DNA of 64,000 bases, taken from positions 62,001-126,000 of the forward strand of contig MU008194.1 in NCBI GenBank assembly GCA_010909165.1. The letters are read 5' to 3'. Made by a program: the position numbers and the translations under genes. How positions within the stretch are numbered: the stretch's first letter is position 1; each line of letters starts with the position of its first letter. Shown in pieces: positions 47,507 through 57,640 of this stretch. Origin of the DNA: Anthoceros angustus (lineage: Eukaryota; Plantae; Anthocerotophyta). The notes under the pieces were generated by a model that had not been told where the DNA came from, searched no databases, and saw only the letters and a list, made by a program, of their open reading frames with translations.

Positions 47507-49729
47507 GCAGTACCCTTTGCGGCAACCAGAGGGAGCTCACCTGAACGAGAGTCCCTACGCTTCGGAGGAGCCTCGACGTCGGAGCTGCAGCAACTACCTC
47601 TTCCTTTGCCCATCCTTAGCACATCTCTCAGCTGCAAACGATCCTCGAAAGACCCACCTCCCTAAATCTCCCCAGTCTGTCTCAAACCTACGCAAGCCGG
47701 CAGCAGCTGGCATCTACCACTCCCCTTCGGAATCCACTTCCCCTGCACCGAGCGCCATTCCCGCCGCCGCCGCATCTCCATCAAGCACTACGCCAGCTGA
47801 AAGAAGGCCAATCCAGAGCGCTACTCGGAATCTCTGCATGATTGACCACCACCCTGCTGTCGGAAACTCCTCCAGCTCCCGGAAGCTCTCAGAAGCACAG
47901 CGGCTGCCCAGTGCCCACCGCGCCCTCCGGCCAACTACACAAGCTCCCCCTTCCCTTCTCACAACCTGCAACAACAGCACACCGGCGCCCGATCGGGGGG
48001 TGAGCCGTCGGTCAGCCCGCAGCCAGCAGCGGATCCGAGCAATCGCAGATGGGCGGCAGCCCAGACCAGCAATAAACAGATGCCACCTCGCCGGCCTGTC
48101 AGTGCCTCTCAGAATCGGGTACTACTGCACCCACCGGATCGCAATCTTCGTGTGCCGGTAACACACACTGGTCTAATTAACACCCAATTGCCCCGGTTTG
48201 AATTCGCCCTCCTCGCCATTCTTCACATTTCTGTACGATGCACATACACATACATATGTAGCTGTGTACATTCATATGTACATTCGTCCTGGACCTCCAC
48301 ACATGTGTGTGTCCCCAGCAACCCAGTCTGTTCAACTGCGGCTCGGTCAGTTCTTTACAGCAAGCACTGGCAGGTACGTTCATGTGAATCGGGCTTGACT
48401 CATGGCTTTGACTTACACATACTTGTACATACACACCATTGGACGCACGAAGGCTCTGAAGATCACAAAACTTGCTTTAATACATACAGTATGTTTGTAG
48501 ATAAGTACATAAGCCTCGGCCACATAGTACATACTGTCTGTACAAAGCCTTGGCTTGGTGATCACACTGCCCAGTACACATATCACAGAGTGTTAGCAAC
48601 TCCAAGGAATGTGTCCCCAATTCCCAATAGAAGTGCAGGAGTACCAATAGGTGGAACTTGGAAGAGGAGTAAAGCGGCAGGTGGAGGGGGCCAACTACAG
48701 TATGTACTGGGACCTGAAAATGAACTGCGCCTTGGTGGTTGGCAATTGACAGACTTATCAGGCCTGGGTCTCTGAACCGAGAATGTGACCGGCTGTCAAG
48801 AATTAAAACCCGGGAAGCCCTGGAACATAAATGAGGTTACCAGCGTCCGTAAAAGTACAGAGGGAAAGTCACCTGCTGATGTCACAGCAACCATAGCGCA
48901 TTGATGGGCACACTTTCAGTTGCCAGAGGTGTTCACAGCAGACCAACACGATCTTCAGCCGCCTCATCAACAAGGCGGAAGATGCCTCCTGCAGCATTGA
49001 AGAACACCCTCGTCACCCGGGCTGCCGACACGTCATGTCCTGGCCTACTCTTCAGCAATATGCTACCTACATGGAACTGTCATGCACTCTTAAACTGCCT
49101 CCGAATTTGGAGATCCCGTTTGGCCTCACCTGAACTTACGCTGATGTCTGATCCCTAACGAACTCCAAGACTAGTAGAGGCTCTGATGTTCTAGCTTCTC
49201 GTCGAGAATGACCTTCGGGTAGAATTCTCGGAAAGTATCCGGGGTCTGTTGGCAAGACGTGGGTCCAGCAGTCAGATTCTGCTGCGCCTGCTCCTGTTCA
49301 AGCACGCCAAGGGAGCATAGAGAGACACGACGGCGTGACATGTAAATACATCAAAAAAACTTGCTGCGTGAGGCAAGACATCCATCCATGACGGAAGGCA
49401 TACCATGTACCGATTGTCCTTGAGATGTGTGAGATTTGATGGGAGTTCGTCTTCCTGCCAGTTGCGAGCCTCCCGAGGGTCCCATGGAGAGACCTTGTGC
49501 TGCCTCCCTCCATAGCCTGTAACATGGAGTGTCACTTCAGCAGCTTTTCCGACAAAAAAGACATACAAACTCAGGGTCCTCAAGCAGCCTATGCATTCCA
49601 ATCCAAGTTACCTTCCTAGTAGCGTCAAGCACAGCACTTTGACGAGCATCTAAAATGCCTTCACATCCGTATAATACCGGGAGGAGTACGGACATTTATG
49701 AATATATACATAGGATCCATCGGTCTTCA

Positions 49730-52700
49730 TCAACCGCAGGGCTGCACCTCCCTGAATTTATGCACTTTCTGCCTCGAAAAGCGCTCGGGTTGCTTCTCAT
49801 CCCCAACCAAAAAACTATGCACCAGTCCATCGATGTCTGTCCACCAGCTCTGACCTGCCTGCTTCCATGCTCTGGTTCTTGTTCTCCTAACCTGCACCTT
49901 CTGTGCCTCCTCCCACATCTGTGATGCCCTGTAGATGTTACACATCAACACATATGCTACGGCATCTTGCTTGTCTAGCTTTAGTGCTTGGTCAAAAGCT
50001 TGGCGTCCCACCTCCACGTTTCTCCACTTTTGGCAGGCGCCCAGCAGAGTGTGCCAAACTGACGCATCAGGCAGGATAGACATGGTCCTTACTAAAGCTA
50101 GTGCCTCGTCCAGTTGGCCTGCACGGCCCAGGAGATCCACCATGCATGTATAGTGCTCCACCGCTGGATTGATGCTGTATTGTATGCTCATAGCTTCGAA
50201 ATACTCCCTCCCCTTGTTTACCAGACCCGCATGACTGCATACTGTTAGTACACTAAGGAATGTGATGGCCGCTGGCTGTATGCCATCCTCTCTCATTCTC
50301 TCGACCAAGTGGAAAACCATGACACTGTCTCCTTGAGAGCTGTAGCCTGCAATCAGTGCACCCCAGGTAGCACTATTTCTCTCAGACAATGCATCAAACA
50401 CATGCTGTGCATCAAACATGCTCCCACATTTTCCATACATGTGGATCAAACTGCTGGCTACAAACATGTCAACTTGAAGCCCTTGCTCCTCAATCTGCGC
50501 ATGTAGCTCCCTACCCAGATGCAATGCTGCCACATTTGCACAGGCCTGCAGGAGGCACACAAATGTCACAGAATCCGGTACGGTAATGCCTTCTTCTTGC
50601 ATAGCACTGTAGAGACCAAGGGCTTCTTGCCCCATCCCCTGCTGGGAATACCCTGCTATCATGGCATTCCACGTAACCACATCTTTTTGACCAAGTCCGT
50701 CAAACACTTTTTGAGCATCTTCCAAGCTGCCACACTTTGCATACATGTTTACAACACTGTTGGCTACAAATGCATCAGCTTGATGTCCAAGTTCTCTGAT
50801 ATGTGTATGGAGCTGCTTCCCCACCTCCAAAGCTGGGGTGCCCACACTTGCACAGGCCTGAAGAAGGCACAGAAATGTCACAGAATTGGGTACAGCAATA
50901 CCTTCTTCCTGCATAGCATCGTACAGACGAAGGGCCTCCTGCCCCATGCCATGTTGCGAAAACCCTCCTATCATGGCAGTCCATGTCACTACATTCTTTT
51001 CGTCAAGTCCATCAAACACTGTCTGGGCATTCTCCACGCTGCCACACTTTGCATACATGTTCACCAAACTACTGGCTACAAACACATCCGCTTGGTGTCC
51101 ACATTCTGTAAGTTGTGTATGGAGCTGCTTTCCCATCTCCAGTGCTGGGGTGCCCAGACTTGCACACGCTTGCAGGAGGCAAACAAACGTCACAGAATTG
51201 GGTACAGCAATACCCTCTTCTTGCATTGCACTGTAGAGAGAAAGAGCTTCCTGGTCCCTGCCTTGCTGGGAAAGCCCTGCCATCATGGCATTCCACGCTA
51301 CCTCATCCTTCTGACCAAGCTGGTCAAACACTCTTTGGCCATCTTCAAGGCTGCCACACTTTGCATACATGCACACCAAGCTGCTGGCTACAAATACATC
51401 ATTCCCATGTCCTTGTTCTCTAATTTGCGCATGGAGCTGCTTCCCCATCTCCAAAGCTGGGAAACCAACAGTCGCACATGCCTGCAGGAGGCACACAAAT
51501 GTCACAGCATTGGGCACAGCGATACCTTCTTCTAGCATAGCACTGTAAAGACTAAGAGCCTCCTGGCCCATGCCCTGCTGGGAATATCCGGCAATTAGCA
51601 CAGTCCATGTCACCACATTTTTTTGAGCAAGTCTATCAAACACGTTTTGAGCGTCCTCCAAGCTGCCACATTTTGAATACATGTTCACCAAACTGCTGCC
51701 TACATACACATCAGATTCATGTCCAAGTTTTCTAATTTGTGTATGAAGCTCCTTCCCTTTCTCCAATGCCCCAGAGCCTACGCTTGCACAGGCCTGCAAG
51801 AGGCACACAAATGTGATGGAATTGGGCACAGCGATGCCCCCTTCTTGCATAGCACTGTACAGACGGATAGCTTCCTGGCCCATGCCCTGCTGGGAATAGC
51901 CTGCAATTAGAGAAGTCCAGGTCACCACATCCTTTTGGCCAAGGCCGTCGAACACTCGTTGAGCCTCTTCCAGGCTGCCACATTTTGCATACATGTTCAC
52001 CAGACTGTTGGCAACAAGCACATCAGCAGAATGCCGTCCTTCTCCAATTCGTGAATGAAGGTGCTTCCCCGTCTCCAGAGCTGGGGTGCCCACACTTGCA
52101 CACGCCTGCAATAGGGACACGAATGTCACCGAATTGGGTACAGCCACGCCTTCCTCTTGCATAGCCCGGTACACACGAAGCGCTTCCTTTCCCATGCCGT
52201 GCTGGGAATACCCTGCAATCAGAGCAGTCCATGTCACCACATCTTTCTGACCAAGCCCGTCAAACACTCTCCGGGCGTCCTCCAAGCTGCCACACTTCGC
52301 ATACATGTCCACCAAGGCATTACACACAAACAAATCATACCCCCGCCCACTGACCAACACATCAGCATGCAGCTCCTGCCCAGCTCTCAAGTCCCGTCCC
52401 CTTGCACAAGCCTGAAGTGCCGCCACAAACACATGCCCATCTGCCTTCACGCCAGACCTACTCATCCGATCATACAGTCCTAAAGCCTGCTTGTCTCGTC
52501 CACATTTCACATGCGCAGAGATGATGGAAGACCACATGAAGGCATCCGGCTCCACAACCATGCCGAACACATCCATCGCCTCCCCCAACCTCCCATGAGA
52601 AGCATACATCCGCAGCATGTGGTTGCACAGGAACGTGTCCCCCTCATACCCCTGCGTCACCATCAAAGCATGCACACGGCGACCCACCACAAGATCCTCC

Positions 52701-53080
52701 TTCACAGCGCACGTCTTCAGCACAGAGTAAAAGAGAGATGCTGAAACACAACAGCCTCTCTCCACCAGAAATCCCAAAGCCTCAACACCCTCCCTTACAT
52801 GCCCCTGCTCACATAGCTTGCTCACCATCTCCACAGTCACCCTCCTTTCATGTCCTGTAGGCCGGCAGTCAGTGGGACAAACGCCCTTCCTATCTTCTCT
52901 GTTATCCGCCTGAATCGCCTGCCCACGATTCAGACATGTTCGCGGACAGGCTGGCGGTCTTGAGAATGTACTGCTTCTCGCGGCTTCATTGTTTGCCGAG
53001 GGAGCTGGAAGACTCCGCGCAGCCAGGGCTGATGACACGAGCACCATGCGCGTTTCCTTGCGCCCTATACGTAAATGCAT
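49730..53080 (-). CDS. PLS-class PPR protein with E1-E2 and WW-type PG box, no DYW domain (1116 aa, intact)
   Basis: Uninterrupted ORF with about 9 PLS triplets and a Ser/Ala/Arg-rich N-terminus (possible organellar transit peptide). Ends QAGQSWWTDIDGLVHSFLVGD plus 20 aa. Confidence 0.96.
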   Translation of the reverse strand: MHLRIGRKETRMVLVSSALAARSLPAPSANNEAARSSTFSRPPACPRTCLNRGQAIQADNREDRKGVCPTDCRPTGHERRVTVEMVSKLCEQGHVREGVEALGFLVERGCCVSASLFYSVLKTCAVKEDLVVGRRVHALMVTQGYEGDTFLCNHMLRMYASHGRLGEAMDVFGMVVEPDAFMWSSIISAHVKCGRDKQALGLYDRMSRSGVKADGHVFVAALQACARGRDLRAGQELHADVLVSGRGYDLFVCNALVDMYAKCGSLEDARRVFDGLGQKDVVTWTALIAGYSQHGMGKEALRVYRAMQEEGVAVPNSVTFVSLLQACASVGTPALETGKHLHSRIGEGRHSADVLVANSLVNMYAKCGSLEEAQRVFDGLGQKDVVTWTSLIAGYSQQGMGQEAIRLYSAMQEGGIAVPNSITFVCLLQACASVGSGALEKGKELHTQIRKLGHESDVYVGSSLVNMYSKCGSLEDAQNVFDRLAQKNVVTWTVLIAGYSQQGMGQEALSLYSAMLEEGIAVPNAVTFVCLLQACATVGFPALEMGKQLHAQIREQGHGNDVFVASSLVCMYAKCGSLEDGQRVFDQLGQKDEVAWNAMMAGLSQQGRDQEALSLYSAMQEEGIAVPNSVTFVCLLQACASLGTPALEMGKQLHTQLTECGHQADVFVASSLVNMYAKCGSVENAQTVFDGLDEKNVVTWTAMIGGFSQHGMGQEALRLYDAMQEEGIAVPNSVTFLCLLQACASVGTPALEVGKQLHTHIRELGHQADAFVANSVVNMYAKCGSLEDAQKVFDGLGQKDVVTWNAMIAGYSQQGMGQEALGLYSAMQEEGITVPDSVTFVCLLQACANVAALHLGRELHAQIEEQGLQVDMFVASSLIHMYGKCGSMFDAQHVFDALSERNSATWGALIAGYSSQGDSVMVFHLVERMREDGIQPAAITFLSVLTVCSHAGLVNKGREYFEAMSIQYSINPAVEHYTCMVDLLGRAGQLDEALALVRTMSILPDASVWHTLLGACQKWRNVEVGRQAFDQALKLDKQDAVAYVLMCNIYRASQMWEEAQKVQVRRTRTRAWKQAGQSWWTDIDGLVHSFLVGDEKQPERFSRQKVHKFREVQPCG

Positions 53081-53219
53081 ATGTTTCCTGTCAAATTTTG
53101 CTCCCCGTTTATAATACTCCCGTCGGCCATAGCCAACCTTCAGTGACGGCGCTCTCTCACTGAAAGGCTCTGGCCTCCCTCACGGCGGCCGGAGGATACC
53201 TCACCTTGCCGCCGACTTC

Positions 53220-54167
53220 GTGCGGTCGCGCACCAAGAGCAGCATCAGAGACGTGGAGCTCAGCCAAAGCGGCGTCCAGGCAGCAGCGGCAGAAGGCGCA
53301 AATCAGGCGGACGCGGGAGCCCCGGCTTGGGAAACGGAATTCAGCAGGTTTCTTTCATCCGCCTGGTCGGAACGGCTGCGGGCTCCTGCGAGCCAGCCGG
53401 CTCCACACACGGTCCGCCCGCGGCGTCGGCTCCTCCTGAAGATGCGGAGGGAAGCTGGGGCGACTGGCCGCGGGGATCCCGTCCACATGCAGGAGGCGTT
53501 GCATTCGGCGATGGAAAGGCTGGAAGCCTTGGAAGAGAACGGCGGGGTGGAAGGGATGAACTTGGAGGAGCTCGACGACCTCGGCTCCTGCGCCATGGCC
53601 GTGTTGCAGCTGGCGGAGAAGGGCAAGGAGAGCGCGAGGAAGAGAGAGCAGGTCACACTGTCGCTGCCGCTGCCGAGCTGCGGAGGCTGGAGGAGGAGAA
53701 CGCCGAGCTGCGAGAGACTCTGGCCTCTGAGCCAAAGGCTGCAGTTAGCCTTCATTTCGAGCTTTTGGATCTTGCGTTAGAGAAGAAGGCCCTGCGTGAC
53801 GAACTGGACCGCTAAGGGCGTGAGACGATGGAACATGTGTCTGATAAGGAGGTCCTGCGTGAGGAATTTCCAAGGCGAGGGTATGAGATGGTGGAACTTA
53901 CGTCCGAAAGGGACACGCTGCGCGAGAAACTGGAGGCCTCTAGAGAAGTAGAAACTTACGTGCCAGACGTGCTATGCGCGGGCCAGGAACACTGTCATCT
54001 CATCTTGCTCGCATTTCCAGTTTTGCAACTCGTGCGTAAAGCAGCACAGTTACCGGAGCAGGACTTGTCCTACTTGCAGAGTCCCCATCACCGGAACAAT
54101 GGACAGCAGGACTTGTCCTACTTGCAGAGTCCCCATCACCGGAACAATGGACATGTATGTGTCCTAG
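53220..54167 (+). pseudogene. Coiled-coil + RING-HC paralog 1 (frameshifted as assembled)
   Basis: LEELDDLGSCAMAVLQL motif; RING CQTC...CSH...CNSC...CPTC in another frame; a 48-bp duplication at 54057-54152 repeats the last RING CxxC pair. Confidence 0.8.
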
Positions 54168-54233
54168 GAGTGACACTCCTCCTGTCCCAAGTTTCCAGCC
54201 TGGGACCCGCAGTGTCTGAAACTTTCGCTAGCC

Positions 54234-54909
54234 TGACAGAACAACTCTAGATGATGAGCTCAACAAGCTAGGGAAGTGGCAAGTGACAAGACTAGACAAG
54301 CAAGGGAAGAGCTAAGCAACGAGGGAGGAAAATTTCTCCTCGTGGTTTATAGGCCTGCTGAGCTGCTCCCTCCAGCTAGTGTACAGCGCTCTAGTTACAG
54401 GTTTTAATTAGAGAGGATAGCGCTCTAGGACAGGGTTTTGGATTAGATTTCATAGTGTCGCATTCACTAGCATTTTGCTGTTCAGCATAGATTAGGATTA
54501 GAGCAATGAAAATGCTAGTTAAGCATAGATTAGGAGTGGAGCAATGAAAATGCTAGTTAAGCATAGATTAGGAGTGGAGCAATGAAAATGCTAGTTAAGC
54601 ACAGATGAGGATTAGAATGCAAGGTTAGTCTCCGTCTCAGTTCCTCCTCCCGAGGATCACACGGGAGATTTTAGACTTTGACAGGTTCAGCAGTTTAGCC
54701 TTCTGCCGTTTTCTCTAAACGACAGTCTTCTTCCGTTTTTTCAGTTTGCTTTGCATAAGTATGGGGGATCTATGTAGAATTGTAGACTACTTGACACAGA
54801 GAAAGGAACGTTTCACAGGAAGCGTCGAGTCCGGGTTCACACGTTCACACGTGAAGCCTTCACAGTGTTCACAGGGAGTGACACATGTAGACCGTTCATA
54901 TCTTGTCAG
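54234..54909 (-). mobile_element. LTR-like insertion candidate
   Basis: Interrupts flank homology with 56400-56470. TGACA...TGTCA ends, minus-strand CTATAAA (~54345) and internal 38-bp repeats. No TSD found. Confidence 0.4.
54484..54620. repeat. 38-bp tandem repeat (~3.3 copies)
   Basis: gcaatgaaaatgctagttaagcatagattaggagtgga at 54503, 54541 and 54579. Confidence 0.93.
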
Positions 54910-55308
54910 TGGTCTTGTTTTAATCGAGATTGTCCGCCGCACGAGTCTTGGCGAAACAAGGGGGACAAGGAAGAAAGGCGCACGCCGTTCATATCTTGTC
55001 AGTGGTCCTGCCACTGCCAGTCATCTTCTCCTGCAACCTCCGCAAATCATGTTCTTAGACAGGCTGATGAGGCTGCGGCTGCGCGAGTCCAAGCTCCCCT
55101 CCGTCGATCGGTAGCCAGAGGTGGGTGCCTCAGCCATAATGGCACGGTAAGCCCGTTTAACATCTCTCCTCTCTCTGGTCGGACAGCGTTCGCCTCCACG
55201 TTATGGTGTTCTCTCGCAACGGAGGCTCTGACGACCGACTCCGCGCCCTTCCGCTGCGAGAGAAGCAGCACAGAAGCGGAGGCCAGGCGTGGCGGCGGCC
55301 AGGCAGCA

Positions 55309-56394
55309 ATGGCGGCGGGAGGCACAACGCACATTGCTCGCCCGGGGCGTCACTCCCCGAGTTTGAAGAGGCGGAGGGACGCGGGCTCGACAGGGCCGGG
55401 GGAGCTCCATGTCAATCTCGACGAGGCGTTGCGTGCGGCCAAGGAGAATCTGGAAGCCATGCAAGCGACCGGCGCGGCGGAAGACTTGAAATCGGAGGAG
55501 CTTGACGGGCTCGGCTTCTGCGCGGTGGCCGTGCTACAGCTGGTGGAGAGCGGCAAGGACAGCGTGAAGAAGAGGGAGCAGGCCGCGCTGGAGCAGGAGA
55601 GGGAGGCCAGGGTGGCGAAGGATGCTGCTTCCGCGGCCGAGCTGCGGAGGCTGGAGAAGGAGATCGCGGAGCTGAAAGATAGTCTGGCCTCTGAGCGCAA
55701 GGCTGCACACAGCCGAAGTGCCGAATTGCACGACCGAGGGCAGCAGATCATGGATCTCTCGTCCGGCCTGCGGAAGTTGGAGGAGAAGTACGCAAAGCTG
55801 AAAAAGAACGTGCTTGACCAGGATGCCGAACTGCACGACCGAGGGGATCAGATCATGGATCTTTCGTCCGGCCTGCGGAGGCTGGAGGAGGAGAACGCCG
55901 AGCTGAAGAGGAAAGTAATTGAACACGATGGCGAGCTGCACTACCGAGGGGATGAGATCATACATCTTTCGTCCGACCTGCGGAGGTTGGAGGAGGAGAA
56001 CGCGGAGCTGAAAAAGAAAACAATTGACCAGGATGGCGAACTGCACTACCGAGGGGAGGAGATTATGGAACTTACGTCCGACCTGGAGAAAATGCGACAA
56101 GACCTGTTCGGCCGAGGCGAGGAGATTACGGAATTTGTGAGGGACGTGAGGGACCTGCGAACGCAGCTGGACAGCCAAGAGAAGGAGAACAAGGAACTTC
56201 GTGAGAAACTGGAAGCGGAGCGGGAGAAAGGTAAGTGCCGGATTTGCTTTACGCGGGCTAGGAACACCGTCATCTTACCTTGCTCGCATTTCCAGTTTTG
56301 CAATTGGTGCCTGCAGCAGCACATGGAGCGGATCACAACTTGCCCCTCTTGTAGACTCTCCGTCGCTGGAACAATGAACCTGTTCGTGTCCTAG
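55309..56394 (+). CDS. Intronless coiled-coil protein with C-terminal RING-HC (zf-C3HC4_3-like) finger, putative E3 ubiquitin ligase (361 aa)
   Basis: C-x2-C-x11-C-x-H-x3-C-x2-C-x10-C-x2-C (CRIC...CSHFQFCNWC...CPSC) and heptad-rich middle. Start chosen at MAAGG inside the longer ORF 54865-56394. Confidence 0.9.
   Translation: MAAGGTTHIARPGRHSPSLKRRRDAGSTGPGELHVNLDEALRAAKENLEAMQATGAAEDLKSEELDGLGFCAVAVLQLVESGKDSVKKREQAALEQEREARVAKDAASAAELRRLEKEIAELKDSLASERKAAHSRSAELHDRGQQIMDLSSGLRKLEEKYAKLKKNVLDQDAELHDRGDQIMDLSSGLRRLEEENAELKRKVIEHDGELHYRGDEIIHLSSDLRRLEEENAELKKKTIDQDGELHYRGEEIMELTSDLEKMRQDLFGRGEEITEFVRDVRDLRTQLDSQEKENKELREKLEAEREKGKCRICFTRARNTVILPCSHFQFCNWCLQQHMERITTCPSCRLSVAGTMNLFVS
55720..56090 (+). 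repeat. 105-bp (35-aa) in-frame coding repeat, ~3.5 copies
   Basis: (A/G)ELH(D/Y)RG..I..LSS.LR.LEE.NAELK units at 55720, 55825, 55930 and 56035. Confidence 0.93.
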
Positions 56395-56829
56395 GAGTGC
56401 CAGGGCTTTGTTTTAGGCCTTCTGCTGTCCCAATTTCCAGACCTGGGACCGGTAGTGTCGAAACTTTGTTTGATAGCATAAGGTGGTGGAAGAGAATCTT
56501 TCACTTGTGCCTGCTGCTCCTATCGAGCTAGTCTGCTGGTTTTTTCCTGTACAGGTTTTTCTGGTTTTGTATGAGAAGATGCAGCTTCTCTGAAGGCTGC
56601 AAACAATCGAAGTGACCAAGTGCTATGCAGTGCTCACAGAGCTCTCACTCTCTCATTCTTCTCGACACAGCACTGAAAGGCTCCAAGCAGCCCCTTGAGG
56701 TGACGAGTCTGACTGCTGAAAATCTCAGAAGCCCATCGGAAATGCTGTTCTTCGATTCCGTCCACTGAAGAGTTGCAACCCCTCCAGGTGCTACGCTACA
56801 TAGTGCTGCGACGACTATGTAGGGTGTAG

Positions 56830-57640
56830 TCTGTCCCCGAACTTGAAGGGGCGGAGGGAAGAGGGTCGGCGGCGCGGGGAGAGCTCCAGATGTATCTCGA
56901 TGTGGCGGAGTTGCGTACGGCGAGGGGCAAGCTGGAAGCCTTGCAAGGGATGGAGTTGTAGGAGCTTGAATGGCTGGGCTCCTACGCCGTGGTCGTGCTG
57001 CAGGCCGCCTTGTTGCAAGAGAGGGAGGCAAGAGCGGGAAGAAATGCCCCTGCCGCTCCCGAGGTGCGGAGACTGGAGGAGGAGAACGTCGGGCTGCGAA
57101 GGGAGCTAGCCTCTGAGCGAAAGAATTTTCTTAGACAACGTCTACAGCTGACCGGCTTGGGGGAGGACATGAGGTGCCTTGTGGAGGACATGGAACGCGT
57201 TGCGTCCGACCAAGCGGATGCTATGAATAGATATGAGGCCGAGTTGAGCTACCTGGCAGCCCGACTGAGAGACAAGGAGGAGGTTATTAAGGGCCTTGAG
57301 GCCGACAAGGAGAGGCTGCGGGAGGAGCTGGAGGCCGAGAAAATCGATGCGTTCGACCGAGCGGATGCGATGGATAGATATGAGGCCGAGTTGAGACGGA
57401 GGAGGAGGAGGTTAAGGGCCTTGAGGGCGATAACGAGAGCCTGCGTAAGGAGCTGGAGGCCGAGAAAATAGGGAAGTATCGGAGTTACTTTGCGCGGGCC
57501 AGGAACACCGTCATCTTACCGGCCCATCTTACCTTGCTCGCATTTCCCGTTTGGCAGTTGGTGCGTACGCGTGCAGCAGCACAGGGAGCGGCTGGTCATG
57601 ACTTGCCCTACTTGGAACAATAGACTTGTACGTCCCGTAG
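56830..57640 (+). pseudogene. Coiled-coil + RING paralog 3, decayed RING
   Basis: Homologous N-terminal motif in broken frames; the first two RING Cys codons read Tyr (KYRSYFARARNTVILP); small duplication and deletion in the finger. Confidence 0.8.

Noticed and set aside
36561-52744. Numerous short antisense and alternative-frame ORFs recurring within the PPR genes
   Set aside because: They recur only because the PLS repeat itself is periodic; no independent coding evidence
54865-55308. 148-aa N-terminal extension of the RING ORF given by the ORF track
   Set aside because: It overlaps the LTR-like segment and a short duplicated sequence, begins at a non-ATG codon, and has no counterpart in the paralogs
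55720-56090. 35-aa repeat as a PPR motif
   Set aside because: The length matches but the sequence has heptad coiled-coil character and lacks PPR consensus residues
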